DNA of 42,742 bases, taken from assembly GCA_020347605.1 (NCBI GenBank), contig CP070734.1, positions 2,690,338 to 2,733,079 on the forward strand, given 5' to 3'. The position numbers were made by a program, and so were the translations under genes. The notes beneath the pieces are model-generated. The model was not told where the DNA came from, did not search any database, and was given only the letters and a program-made list of their open reading frames with translations. The stretch comes from Deltaproteobacteria bacterium. Lineage in GTDB: Bacteria; Myxococcota_A; UBA9160; G020347605. Shown piece after piece: positions 17,412 to 25,190 of this stretch. Numbering within the stretch: position 1 is the first letter of the stretch; each line of letters opens with the position of its first letter.

Positions 17412-18164
17412 CTACGCGGCTTCGTGGAAGATGATGCCGAGCGCGTAGCGCTCACCCGCGTGCAGCGTGCTGACGCCGTGGCGCGTGTGTACGCGGTGGA
17501 AGCCGCGGGCGCCGCGCACCGGCCGCGCGCCGTTCGGAAACACGATCGCCTCGCCCCGCTCGAGTGAAATGGCCACGCCGCGCGACTGCGCGCGCGGCCG
17601 CTGCTCGACGAGCAGGAACTCGCCGCCCCGGTAGTCGGTCTCGCGGTTGCTGAGCGCGAAGGCGACCTGGAGCGGAAACGCGACGGCGCCGTAGCGATCG
17701 CGGTGCAGGCAGTTGTACCCCCCGCTCGTGTAGCGAAGCAGCAGCGGGGTCGGGCGCGTCTGCCCGGCGGCCCGGCAGGTGCGCAGGAAGCCGCCGAGCG
17801 TGCGCGGGTAGCGCTCGCGGCTTCCGAGCTGTGCGTGCCAGTCGTTCGCGATGCGGGCGAGCGGCGGGTAGAGATGCTGCCGAAGCTCTCGAACCAGCGG
17901 CGGAAGCGGATTCGCGAAGTACTGGTACTCGCCCTCGCCGAAGCGCCGCGGGCCCATCGCGACCCGGCTGCGGAATCGCGAGGCATCCGCATAGAGCCCG
18001 ATCAGCTCGCGACACTCCGCGACGCCGAGCAGCCGCGGCGTGACGGCGTAGCCCCGCTCCGCGAGCGAAGCGCGAATCGAATCCCACGGCAGCGCGGCGA
18101 TGCGCTCCCGCACCGGGGCGCGCGCCGCACGCGCGCCCGGGGTAGGGCGGCGACGCGCGGGCAT
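17412..18164 (-). CDS. 2OG-Fe(II) oxygenase of the Ada/AlkB-associated 'Oxygenase-NA' type
   Basis: 250 aa. GEGEYQYFANPLPPLV, AGQTRPTPLLLRYTSGGYNCLHRD (the HxD iron site), FPLQV, GGEFLLVEQRPRAQSR and RHGVS...GIIFHEA match my recollection of this conserved family. Confidence 0.85.
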   Translation of the reverse strand: MPARRRPTPGARAARAPVRERIAALPWDSIRASLAERGYAVTPRLLGVAECRELIGLYADASRFRSRVAMGPRRFGEGEYQYFANPLPPLVRELRQHLYPPLARIANDWHAQLGSRERYPRTLGGFLRTCRAAGQTRPTPLLLRYTSGGYNCLHRDRYGAVAFPLQVAFALSNRETDYRGGEFLLVEQRPRAQSRGVAISLERGEAIVFPNGARPVRGARGFHRVHTRHGVSTLHAGERYALGIIFHEAA

Positions 18165-18259
18165 GATCCGATGGAATCAGAAAACCCGCGCGCCGCCAAC
18201 CCGAGCCGCTCCCGCGCCATCCCCAGCGCCTCGCGCGGCGCGAGAGCGAACCCACCCCC

Positions 18260-18712
18260 TCAGTGCGCGTAGCCGTACCCGAAGCCCGTCCGGAAGCCGA
18301 TGCGCCGCGCGAAGCCCCACGACGGCGCGCGATGGTGCCGATGGACGTGGCTTCGCAGAGCCAGGTGCGAGCCGAAGGATCGATGGCACGCATCGCAGTC
18401 GTAGCGGTGGGACGCACGGTGCTTCGAGCCCCGGTGTTCGTGCGCGTCGTGATGACCGCCGCGCGACGCGCACCCGAGGTGCGCGCCGCGATGCGCATGC
18501 AGGTGCGCAGCGACGTGGGGTCGCGCGTGGTCGTGGTGCCGGTCGTGATGACGCGCGGCATGGCCGTACGCCGGACTCCGCGCGTCGCGGGCCTCGTGCG
18601 CCGCGGCCACCTCCGGAGCCCCGATCGCGAGCGCGGCCAGGGCGCCGAGCCATGCGGCGCCCCTGCGGGTTCTCGCTGCGTGCGGTGAGCGGATTCGCGC
18701 GTGCCGGTCCAT
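18260..18712 (-). CDS. His-rich exported protein with a classical C2H2 zinc-finger signature, unknown function
   Basis: 150 aa from ATG 18712. It has a twin-arginine-like signal (ARTRRGAAWLGALAALAIGAPEVAAA) and 27 His by my count. The motif YDCDACHRSFGSHLALRSHVHRH is present. Minus-strand codon third positions are nearly all G/C, whereas the same-phase plus-strand ORF 18263..18688 has many A/T third positions. Confidence 0.6.
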   Translation of the reverse strand: MDRHARIRSPHAARTRRGAAWLGALAALAIGAPEVAAAHEARDARSPAYGHAARHHDRHHDHARPHVAAHLHAHRGAHLGCASRGGHHDAHEHRGSKHRASHRYDCDACHRSFGSHLALRSHVHRHHRAPSWGFARRIGFRTGFGYGYAH

Positions 18713-18868
18713 GCGGCGTCCTCCCGAGTCGACTGTCCGTTGGACGCGACGCCCAGGCGCGTATTCGATCCGGTTTTCCCTATACTCGAGCGTCACGCGT
18801 CGGTGAGCTCGATCTCCGCCCGAGCGGGGCGGGCACGCGGGACGCGCACCCATCCCGGCGGAGTGCAG

Positions 18869-19996
18869 ATGAATTTCGGATTCACGGAAGAGCAGGACGT
18901 GCTGCGCGCGGAGGTGCGCAAGTTCCTCGACGAGAACGCGCCGCTCGACGAGGTCCGCAAGATCTCGGAGAGCGCGGCCGGCCATTCGCCGGAGCAGTGG
19001 CGCCGCATCGCCGAGCTCGGCTGGACGGGCCTCATCGTTCCGGAGTGCCACGGCGGTGCCGGCCTCGGGGCGGTGGACCTGGTCGTGCTCCTCGAGGAGA
19101 CGGGTCGCACGCTCTACCCCTCGCCGCTGCTCTCGACCACCACCGCCGCGGCCGCGCTGCTGGCCGCCGGCAGCGACGCGCAGCGCGCGCGCTGGCTGCC
19201 GGCCCTCGCGGAAGGCGCGGAGATCGGCACGCTCGCGTTCCTCGAGGCCGCGGATCGGCTGGACGCGGCCGGCGTCGAGCTCGCGGGCGAGCGGGAGGCC
19301 GACGCGTACGTGCTGCGCGGCGAGAAGTGCTTCGTGCCGGACGCCGGCGCCGCGACGCTGTTCATCGTGCCGTTCCGCACCGGCCCGGCGCCCGAAGACC
19401 TCGCGCTGGCGGTCGTGCCGCGGGGCGCCGAGGGCGTGGCGGCCGAGGACTTCCCCGGCATGGACCTCACCAAGCGGATCGGCCGGCTGACCCTCGACGG
19501 CGTGCGCGTGCCGGCGGACGCGATCCTGGGCCGTCCCGGCCGCGTCTGGCCCGCGCTCGCGAGGACGCTCGACTTCGCGACCGCGGCCGTCACCGCGGAG
19601 GCGATCGGCGCGGCCGAGGGCGCGCTCGCGCTGACGACGGAATACGCGCGGAACCGCATCCAGTTCGGGTCTCCGATCGGCCGCTACCAGGCGGTGAAGC
19701 ACCCGCTCGCGGAGATGTACGTCGACATCGAGTCGTGGAAGTCGCTCTGCTACTACGCGGCCTGGGCGCTCGACGAGTCCCCGGACGAGGCGCCGCGCTA
19801 CGTCTCGATGGCGAAGGCGTACGCCAGCGAGGCGTTCGCGCGCATCGGCATCGACGTCATCCAGCTGCACGGGGCGGTCGGCTACACCTGGGAGTTCGAC
19901 GCGCACCTCTACCTCAAGCGTTCGAAGTGGGTGCGCCCGATGTACGGCGACGCGGATTACCACTACGACCGCGTCGCCGCGCTGGGAGGCCTCTGA
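18869..19996 (+). CDS. acyl-CoA dehydrogenase family protein (degenerate, likely non-catalytic/partner subunit)
   Basis: 375 aa with GGAG 6 nt upstream of ATG 18869. ACAD N-terminus (FTEEQDVLRAEVRKFLDE) and C-terminal helical domain (IQLHGAVGYTWEFDAHLYLKR). It lacks the SEPxxGSD-type motif present in the next gene. Confidence 0.85.
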   Translation: MNFGFTEEQDVLRAEVRKFLDENAPLDEVRKISESAAGHSPEQWRRIAELGWTGLIVPECHGGAGLGAVDLVVLLEETGRTLYPSPLLSTTTAAAALLAAGSDAQRARWLPALAEGAEIGTLAFLEAADRLDAAGVELAGEREADAYVLRGEKCFVPDAGAATLFIVPFRTGPAPEDLALAVVPRGAEGVAAEDFPGMDLTKRIGRLTLDGVRVPADAILGRPGRVWPALARTLDFATAAVTAEAIGAAEGALALTTEYARNRIQFGSPIGRYQAVKHPLAEMYVDIESWKSLCYYAAWALDESPDEAPRYVSMAKAYASEAFARIGIDVIQLHGAVGYTWEFDAHLYLKRSKWVRPMYGDADYHYDRVAALGGL

Positions 19997-19997
19997 G

Positions 19998-21158
19998 ATG
20001 GACTTCACGCTCACGCCCGAGGAGCAGGCCTTCCGCGACGAGGTGCGCGCGTTCCTCGACGAGAACCTGCCGCCGGAAGCCGAGCGCACGCCCGAGTTCT
20101 ACGGGACCTGGCAGAAGAGGGTGCGCGAGAAGCGCTGGGTGGGCTTCTCGTGGCCGCGGGACGTCGGCGGCGGCGGTGCGTCGATCATGCAGCAGGCCAT
20201 CCTCAAGGAGGAGATGGCGAAGCGGAAGGCGCCGCCGCTCGGCACCTGCTTCATGGGGCTCGCCTGGGTGGGACCCGCGATCATCGAGTACGGCACCGAG
20301 GAGCAGAAGCGGCGCTTCATTCCCGACATCCTCGACGGCGCCTACCACTGGTGCACGGGCTACTCCGAGCCCGATTACGGCAGCGACCTGGCCTCCCTCC
20401 AGTGCAAGGCGGTGCGCGAGGGCGACGCATACGTCGTGAACGGGCAGAAGATCTGGACGTCCATCGCCGTCTGGTCGAAATGGATCATCCTGCTGGTGCG
20501 CACCTCCACGAACCCGCGAGACAAGCACGACGGCATCACCTGTCTGCTGGTGCCGATGGACTCCGAGGGCATCACGGTGCGCCCGATCAAGAACATGTCG
20601 GGCGGTGCGCTGTTCGCCGAGGTGTTCTTCGACGACGTCCGGGTCCCCGTCGAGAACCGGCTCGGGGCCGAGGGACAGGGCTGGAAGGTCACCATCTCCG
20701 CGCTCGCGCACGAGCGCTCCAGCATCGCCGAGGTGGCGAGCCTGATGCGCCATCTCGAGGGGCTCGTGGCGCTGGCGCGCGAATGCACGCGCAACGGCAG
20801 GCCGGCGCTGCACGACCCGTCCGTGCGGCGGCGCCTCGCGCGCCTCGAGACCCGCATCGAGGCGATGCGCACGAACGGCCTGCGCTACCTGACGAAGCAG
20901 CTCAAGGGCGAGCCGCTCTCCAGCGAGACGTCGGTCAACAAGCTGCAGCGGGCCGCGCTGGAGATCGAGATCGGCGACATGGCGGTGGAGCTCCAGGGCC
21001 ACGCCGGACCGCTCACCCGCGGCGCGTCCCCCGCGAAGGCCGACGGGCACTGGCAACACGTCGCGCTGGCGTGGCCCGAGGTCGTGATCGGCGGCGGCAC
21101 GCCCAACATCCAGCGGAACATCATCGCGGAGCGGATCCTCGGGCTCCCCAAGGACTGA
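19998..21158 (+). CDS. acyl-CoA dehydrogenase
   Basis: 386 aa, starting 1 nt after the previous stop. Motifs: LTPEEQAFRDEVRAFLDE, WCTGYSEPDYGSDLASL, VNGQKIWTS and C-terminal GGGTPNIQRNIIAERILGLP. Confidence 0.92.
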   Translation: MDFTLTPEEQAFRDEVRAFLDENLPPEAERTPEFYGTWQKRVREKRWVGFSWPRDVGGGGASIMQQAILKEEMAKRKAPPLGTCFMGLAWVGPAIIEYGTEEQKRRFIPDILDGAYHWCTGYSEPDYGSDLASLQCKAVREGDAYVVNGQKIWTSIAVWSKWIILLVRTSTNPRDKHDGITCLLVPMDSEGITVRPIKNMSGGALFAEVFFDDVRVPVENRLGAEGQGWKVTISALAHERSSIAEVASLMRHLEGLVALARECTRNGRPALHDPSVRRRLARLETRIEAMRTNGLRYLTKQLKGEPLSSETSVNKLQRAALEIEIGDMAVELQGHAGPLTRGASPAKADGHWQHVALAWPEVVIGGGTPNIQRNIIAERILGLPKD

Positions 21159-21469
21159 TGCCGGACGAAGCGGGCGACCGCCGCGGACGCATCGAGGCGA
21201 AGCTTCGCGAGCGGCTCTGCGCGACGCACGTCGAGGTGATCGACGAGAGCCATCTGCACGCCGGGCACGCCGGCGCCGCCTCCGGCGGCGGTCACTTCCG
21301 GGCGCGGATCGTCGCCGCCCGCTTCGAGGGCCTGTCGCCGCTCGCGGCGCAGCGCCTGGTCTACGAGATCCTGTCGGAGGAGATGCAGCGCGACATCCAC
21401 GCGCTTTCGATGCAGACCTTCACGCCGGCGCAGTGGGAGGCGCGCACCCGGTCGGGTCAGGACGCCTAG
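21158..21469 (+). CDS. bolA: BolA family protein
   Basis: 103 aa with a TGATG overlap with the upstream ACAD. VEVIDESHLHAGHAG...HFRARIVAARFEGLSPLAAQRLVY...IHALSMQTFTP is the typical BolA pattern. Confidence 0.85.
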   Translation: MPDEAGDRRGRIEAKLRERLCATHVEVIDESHLHAGHAGAASGGGHFRARIVAARFEGLSPLAAQRLVYEILSEEMQRDIHALSMQTFTPAQWEARTRSGQDA

Positions 21470-22317
21470 ACGAAGCGCTCGAGCCACTCCCGGAGCGGGA
21501 CGCTGAAGCCCGACGCGTTGCGGTGTCCGCCGCCGCCGTACTGGGCGGCGATCTTCGCCACGTCGAACGGGCCGATCGAGTAGATCGAGACGTCCACCCG
21601 GTCGGCCAGCATCCGGTAGACGACGCCGCACGGCGCGCCGAAACGGGCTCGCTCGGACAGCGCGTGCCCGATCGCACTCCGCAGCCGGCGCTCGTTCACC
21701 GCCTCGAGCCGCAGCTCTCCGACCCGAACGGGGTGCGCCGTGCTCACCGCGCGGTCCACGTCGATCCGGTTGGCGCGCGCGATCGGCTCCCCCTCCCGGA
21801 CCAGCTCCGCGATCGGCCGCTCGAGGAGCTCGTTCCAGGCCTCGAACGTCCGCGGATAGGAGACGATCGCCGCATTGACCGCCTCCGAATCCGGGAGCTT
21901 CCAGTTCCACAGATCCATGTCCTCGACGTACTCGAGCAGGGCGGGCACGGACGCGCCGGGGTGGAAGTGATTCCAGGCGAGCACCGCGCCCGAATGTTCG
22001 AGGTCGAAGCGCACGTGGTGGCCGCGCGCCTCGACCGCCTGCACGAGGCTGGGATCGGCCTCGTAGCGGTCTCGCGCGGAGACGTGGTGATCGAGCAGCG
22101 TCACGCGCTTCGCCACGCCACAGGTCCGATCGAGCAGCGCGTTCGGGAGGGCGACGTCCACGAACACCACGTGGGTGCCCGCGATCCGATCGAGATCGAG
22201 CGCATCGTCGTGGCCGCGGGGAAGGTAATCCGCCGCGTCGCCCCAGGCGCGCCAGACCGCCCAGGCGGCGCCGAAGCCATCCGGGCAGCCGGCGTGGAAG
22301 AAGCACAGGCGACGCAT
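21466..22317 (-). CDS. DHH/DHHA1 family phosphoesterase (compact, NrnA/RecJ-like fold)
   Basis: 283 aa from ATG 22317. Motifs: FFHAGCPDGFGAAW (DHH motif I/II-like), LLDHHVS (DHH) and QYGGGGHRNASGF (the DHHA1 GGGH motif). Confidence 0.8.
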   Translation of the reverse strand: MRRLCFFHAGCPDGFGAAWAVWRAWGDAADYLPRGHDDALDLDRIAGTHVVFVDVALPNALLDRTCGVAKRVTLLDHHVSARDRYEADPSLVQAVEARGHHVRFDLEHSGAVLAWNHFHPGASVPALLEYVEDMDLWNWKLPDSEAVNAAIVSYPRTFEAWNELLERPIAELVREGEPIARANRIDVDRAVSTAHPVRVGELRLEAVNERRLRSAIGHALSERARFGAPCGVVYRMLADRVDVSIYSIGPFDVAKIAAQYGGGGHRNASGFSVPLREWLERFV

Positions 22318-22480
22318 GGCCGGCAGCTTACCGCGATTCAGGGGCCGCCGAAAACGCCGCCCGCAAGAGACGCGACCTGCCGCTGATCTGCGTACGCGTG
22401 AGCGCGGCGCCGGAGGGCGAGACACCTTTTGGGCACCCGTGGCACTCACGGACGACCCCCTTCGAGGGCGGCGGCGCTGT

Positions 22481-22560
22481 CGCCGATGCGGAAAAGGGGG
22501 ATGCGGACGCTGCGCTGAGCGGATCATGCGGAACGGAAGCCGACGCGGACGCTGCTGAGC
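22481..22560. repeat. imperfect 2 x 40-nt tandem direct repeat in a 290-nt intergenic spacer
   Basis: Unit 1 (22481-22520) is cgccgATGCGGAAaagggggatGCGGACGCTGCgcTGAGC. Unit 2 (22521-22560) is ggatcATGCGGAAcggaagccgacGCGGACGCTGC--TGAGC. The shared blocks are ATGCGGAA, GCGGACGCTGC and TGAGC. Confidence 0.6.
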
Positions 22561-22607
22561 TCTCGTACCGCCGCCGCCCTCGCACCGCGCCTCGACGGGC
22601 CGTGCGT

Positions 22608-23591
22608 CTAGCGGAAGCGGCGCCCGAGCCAGTCGACGAGGATGCGGTTCAGCTCCGCGGGCTTGTCCTGCTGGGTCCAGTGTCCGCATTTCTCGATCAT
22701 CACCGTCTCGAGATCGGCTACGAGGCGCTCCATGCCCGCGGCCATCTCGGGGCGCAGCACCGGGTCCCACTCGGCGGTCACCATCAAGCACGGCACGTCG
22801 ACCGGCGCGCTGCCGACCTGCGGAAACCGCTCGCGGTTGCGGTCGATGTTCCGGTACCAGTGGATGCCGCCGCCGAAGCCGGTCTCCTCGAAGACGCGCG
22901 TGTAGTGCTCGAGATCCGCGGCCGAGAGGATCTCCGGCCCGCGGGCTTCGACCGTCTCCAGGTGGCGAAACGGATTCATGTCGCGCGGGCTAGCGGTCGT
23001 CGACCGCGCGTCGGGCGCGTGCGGCGGGACGCCGCCGCGCATCAGCTTCTCGAACACGGAGCGGGGGTTCGCGTCCAGGACGCGCTCGGCGCGGCCGGGC
23101 GTCTGGAACCACAGGATGTACATCTTCTCGTCGTCGGGCACCGCGCCGCGCAGCATGTCCGTCGAGGGAAACGCGACGTAGGGCGTGTTGACGCCGATCA
23201 CCCCCGCGGTCCGCTCCGGGTGGAGGATCGGCATCGCCCAGACGACGAAGCCGCCCCAGTCGTGGCCCGCGAAGATCGCCGTCTCGATCTCGAGCGCGTC
23301 CAGCAGCCCGACCAGGTCACCGGTCAGCGCGTCGAGCCCGTAGGCCTCGATGGCGTCGGGCCGGCTGCTGCCCCCGTAGCCGCGCTGGTCCGGCGCGATC
23401 GCCCGGAAGCCCGCCTGCGCCAGCGCCGGAAGCTGGTGCCGCCACGAGTAGGCGAGCTCGGGAAAGCCGTGGCAGAGGACGACGGCGGGCCCCTCGCCCA
23501 CCTCGTGGACGGAGAGCGTGATCGCGGCGTCGCGCCCGAGGCCCGCGGCCGGCGCGAGGGCGACCCGTCGTGCGCTCGGGAAATCGCTCAC
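22608..23591 (-). CDS. alpha/beta hydrolase, epoxide hydrolase-like
   Basis: 327 aa from GTG 23591, with GGAGGG 7 nt upstream. It has the HGFPELAYSWRHQ oxyanion motif, the nucleophile elbow AGHDWGG and the C-terminal CGHWTQQD His. Confidence 0.88.
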   Translation of the reverse strand: MSDFPSARRVALAPAAGLGRDAAITLSVHEVGEGPAVVLCHGFPELAYSWRHQLPALAQAGFRAIAPDQRGYGGSSRPDAIEAYGLDALTGDLVGLLDALEIETAIFAGHDWGGFVVWAMPILHPERTAGVIGVNTPYVAFPSTDMLRGAVPDDEKMYILWFQTPGRAERVLDANPRSVFEKLMRGGVPPHAPDARSTTASPRDMNPFRHLETVEARGPEILSAADLEHYTRVFEETGFGGGIHWYRNIDRNRERFPQVGSAPVDVPCLMVTAEWDPVLRPEMAAGMERLVADLETVMIEKCGHWTQQDKPAELNRILVDWLGRRFR

Positions 23592-23711
23592 CGCACCGCC
23601 CTCCGCGCGGCCCGGGCCCGGACCGCATCGCCGGCCGAGTATACCGGCCGTCACGCTGTCTCGGGCGGTCGACTGGGGTAGCTTGCGGATCCACCTGCAG
23701 CGACGCGCCCC

Positions 23712-25190
23712 ATGTTCACCGCCTGCCAACAGCGCGAGATCGGCGTTCTCGAGCGCGGCGACGCGTGGATCGACCTCGTCGCGGGGCTGACCGACGACCC
23801 GTACCCCTGGCTGCTCGACAGCGCGCTCGAGGCGCCGCCGCTCGGTCGCTTCGGGTTCGCGGGCTCCGATCCCTACATGGTGCTGCGCGCCTACGGCCGA
23901 CGGATCGAGCTGGAGCGTCGGCGCGACGTCCGCCCGGATCTGCCCGCGGGACCCACGGTCTGGGACGGCGATCCGCTCGACGCGCTGCGGGCGCTGCTGC
24001 CGCCGCCTCCGGTCGAGGGGTTCGACGCGACTCCGCCGTTCATCGGCGGCGCCGTCGGCTACCTCGGCTACGAGCTGGCGCAGCACACCCTGCCGATCCG
24101 GGCCAAGGCCGCGGAGGACCCCGGCATCGCCGACCTGGCGTTCCTGTTCGTGGACCAGATCCTCGCGTTCGACCTGTCCACGCGACGACTGGTCGCGATC
24201 GGACTGGGGTTCGGGGCGCGTCCGAGCGACGCGCGGCGGGGCGCGGAGCGGCGGGTCGAGGCGCTGCGCGCGCGCTGCGCGCGTCTCCCGCCGCGACCCA
24301 CGCGCGCCGCCGTCGCGCCTGCGCGCGCGCCGCTCGAGACCTCGCAGCACTTCGACGCGAGCTCGTATCCGCGTCGGGTCGAGATCGTGAAGGAGGAGAT
24401 CGCGCGCGGCAACGTGTACCAGGCGAACCTGACCCATCGCATCGACGTTCGCTTCGAGGGCGACGCGTGGCAGCTCTATCGATCGCTGCGCCGCGCGAAC
24501 CCGGCGCCGTTCGCCTGCTTCTTCGCGCTGCCCGAGCTCGCCATCGCCGGCAGCTCGCCGGAGCGGTTTCTGCGCATCGACCGCGAACGGCGCGTGGAGA
24601 GCCGGCCGATCAAGGGCACCCGTCCACGCGGTCGGACACCGGACGAGGACGCCGCGCTCGCGGCCGAGCTCTTCGCCTCGGAGAAGGAGCGCGCGGAGAA
24701 CGTGATGATCGTGGACCTCGTGCGCAACGACCTGGGCCGGGTCTGCGAGACGGGCAGCATCGCGGTCCCCGAGCTGCTGTGCGTCGAGACCTACGCGAGC
24801 GTCTTCCAGCTCGTCTCGACGGTGACGGGTCGCCTCGCCGCGGACCGTGACGTCGTCGATGCGCTGCGCGCGACCTTTCCGCCGGGCTCCATGACGGGCG
24901 CACCCAAGATCGCCGCCGTCCGCCTGCTCGAGCGGCTCGAGCCGGTGCGACGCGGCATCTACTCGGGCGCGATCGGGTACCTCGATGCGCGCGGCGGCGC
25001 CGACCTGTGCGTCGCGATCCGCAGCATCTTCCTGCGCAAGGGTCGCGCCGGCGTCCACGTGGGGGGTGGCATCGTGTTCGACTCCGATCCGCACGCCGAG
25101 TACCGGGAGACGCTCGACAAGGCGCGCGCGCTGCTCGAGGCGCTCGCCGTTCCGGATCCCCGCGCCGCTAGCCTCGGGCCGGAGGCATGA
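23712..25190 (+). CDS. pabB: chorismate-utilising enzyme, aminodeoxychorismate synthase component I-like
   Basis: 492 aa. Motifs: GNVYQANLT, SSPERFL, RPIKGTRPRG, EKERAENVMIVDLVRND and FPPGSMTGAPK. No adjacent glutamine amidotransferase subunit is present. PabB versus TrpE cannot be settled by eye. Confidence 0.8.
   Translation: MFTACQQREIGVLERGDAWIDLVAGLTDDPYPWLLDSALEAPPLGRFGFAGSDPYMVLRAYGRRIELERRRDVRPDLPAGPTVWDGDPLDALRALLPPPPVEGFDATPPFIGGAVGYLGYELAQHTLPIRAKAAEDPGIADLAFLFVDQILAFDLSTRRLVAIGLGFGARPSDARRGAERRVEALRARCARLPPRPTRAAVAPARAPLETSQHFDASSYPRRVEIVKEEIARGNVYQANLTHRIDVRFEGDAWQLYRSLRRANPAPFACFFALPELAIAGSSPERFLRIDRERRVESRPIKGTRPRGRTPDEDAALAAELFASEKERAENVMIVDLVRNDLGRVCETGSIAVPELLCVETYASVFQLVSTVTGRLAADRDVVDALRATFPPGSMTGAPKIAAVRLLERLEPVRRGIYSGAIGYLDARGGADLCVAIRSIFLRKGRAGVHVGGGIVFDSDPHAEYRETLDKARALLEALAVPDPRAASLGPEA

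Noticed and set aside
18263-18688. A 141-aa plus-strand ORF opposite the His-rich gene
   Set aside because: It has the same codon phase as the minus-strand gene, but its third positions carry many A/T, whereas the minus-strand third positions are almost all G/C. The product has no signal or motif. I prefer the minus-strand reading, but only at moderate confidence.
22440-22456. TGGCAC, a possible sigma-54 -24 element
   Set aside because: No TTGC(A/T) -12 element lies at the required spacing (the sequence is TGGCACtcacggacga). It is on the plus strand, with no downstream plus-strand gene to drive.
22481-22560. Possible CRISPR array or minisatellite
   Set aside because: There are only two adjacent, imperfect 40-nt units with no intervening spacers and no cas genes in the window. 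It is kept as a tandem repeat, not a CRISPR.
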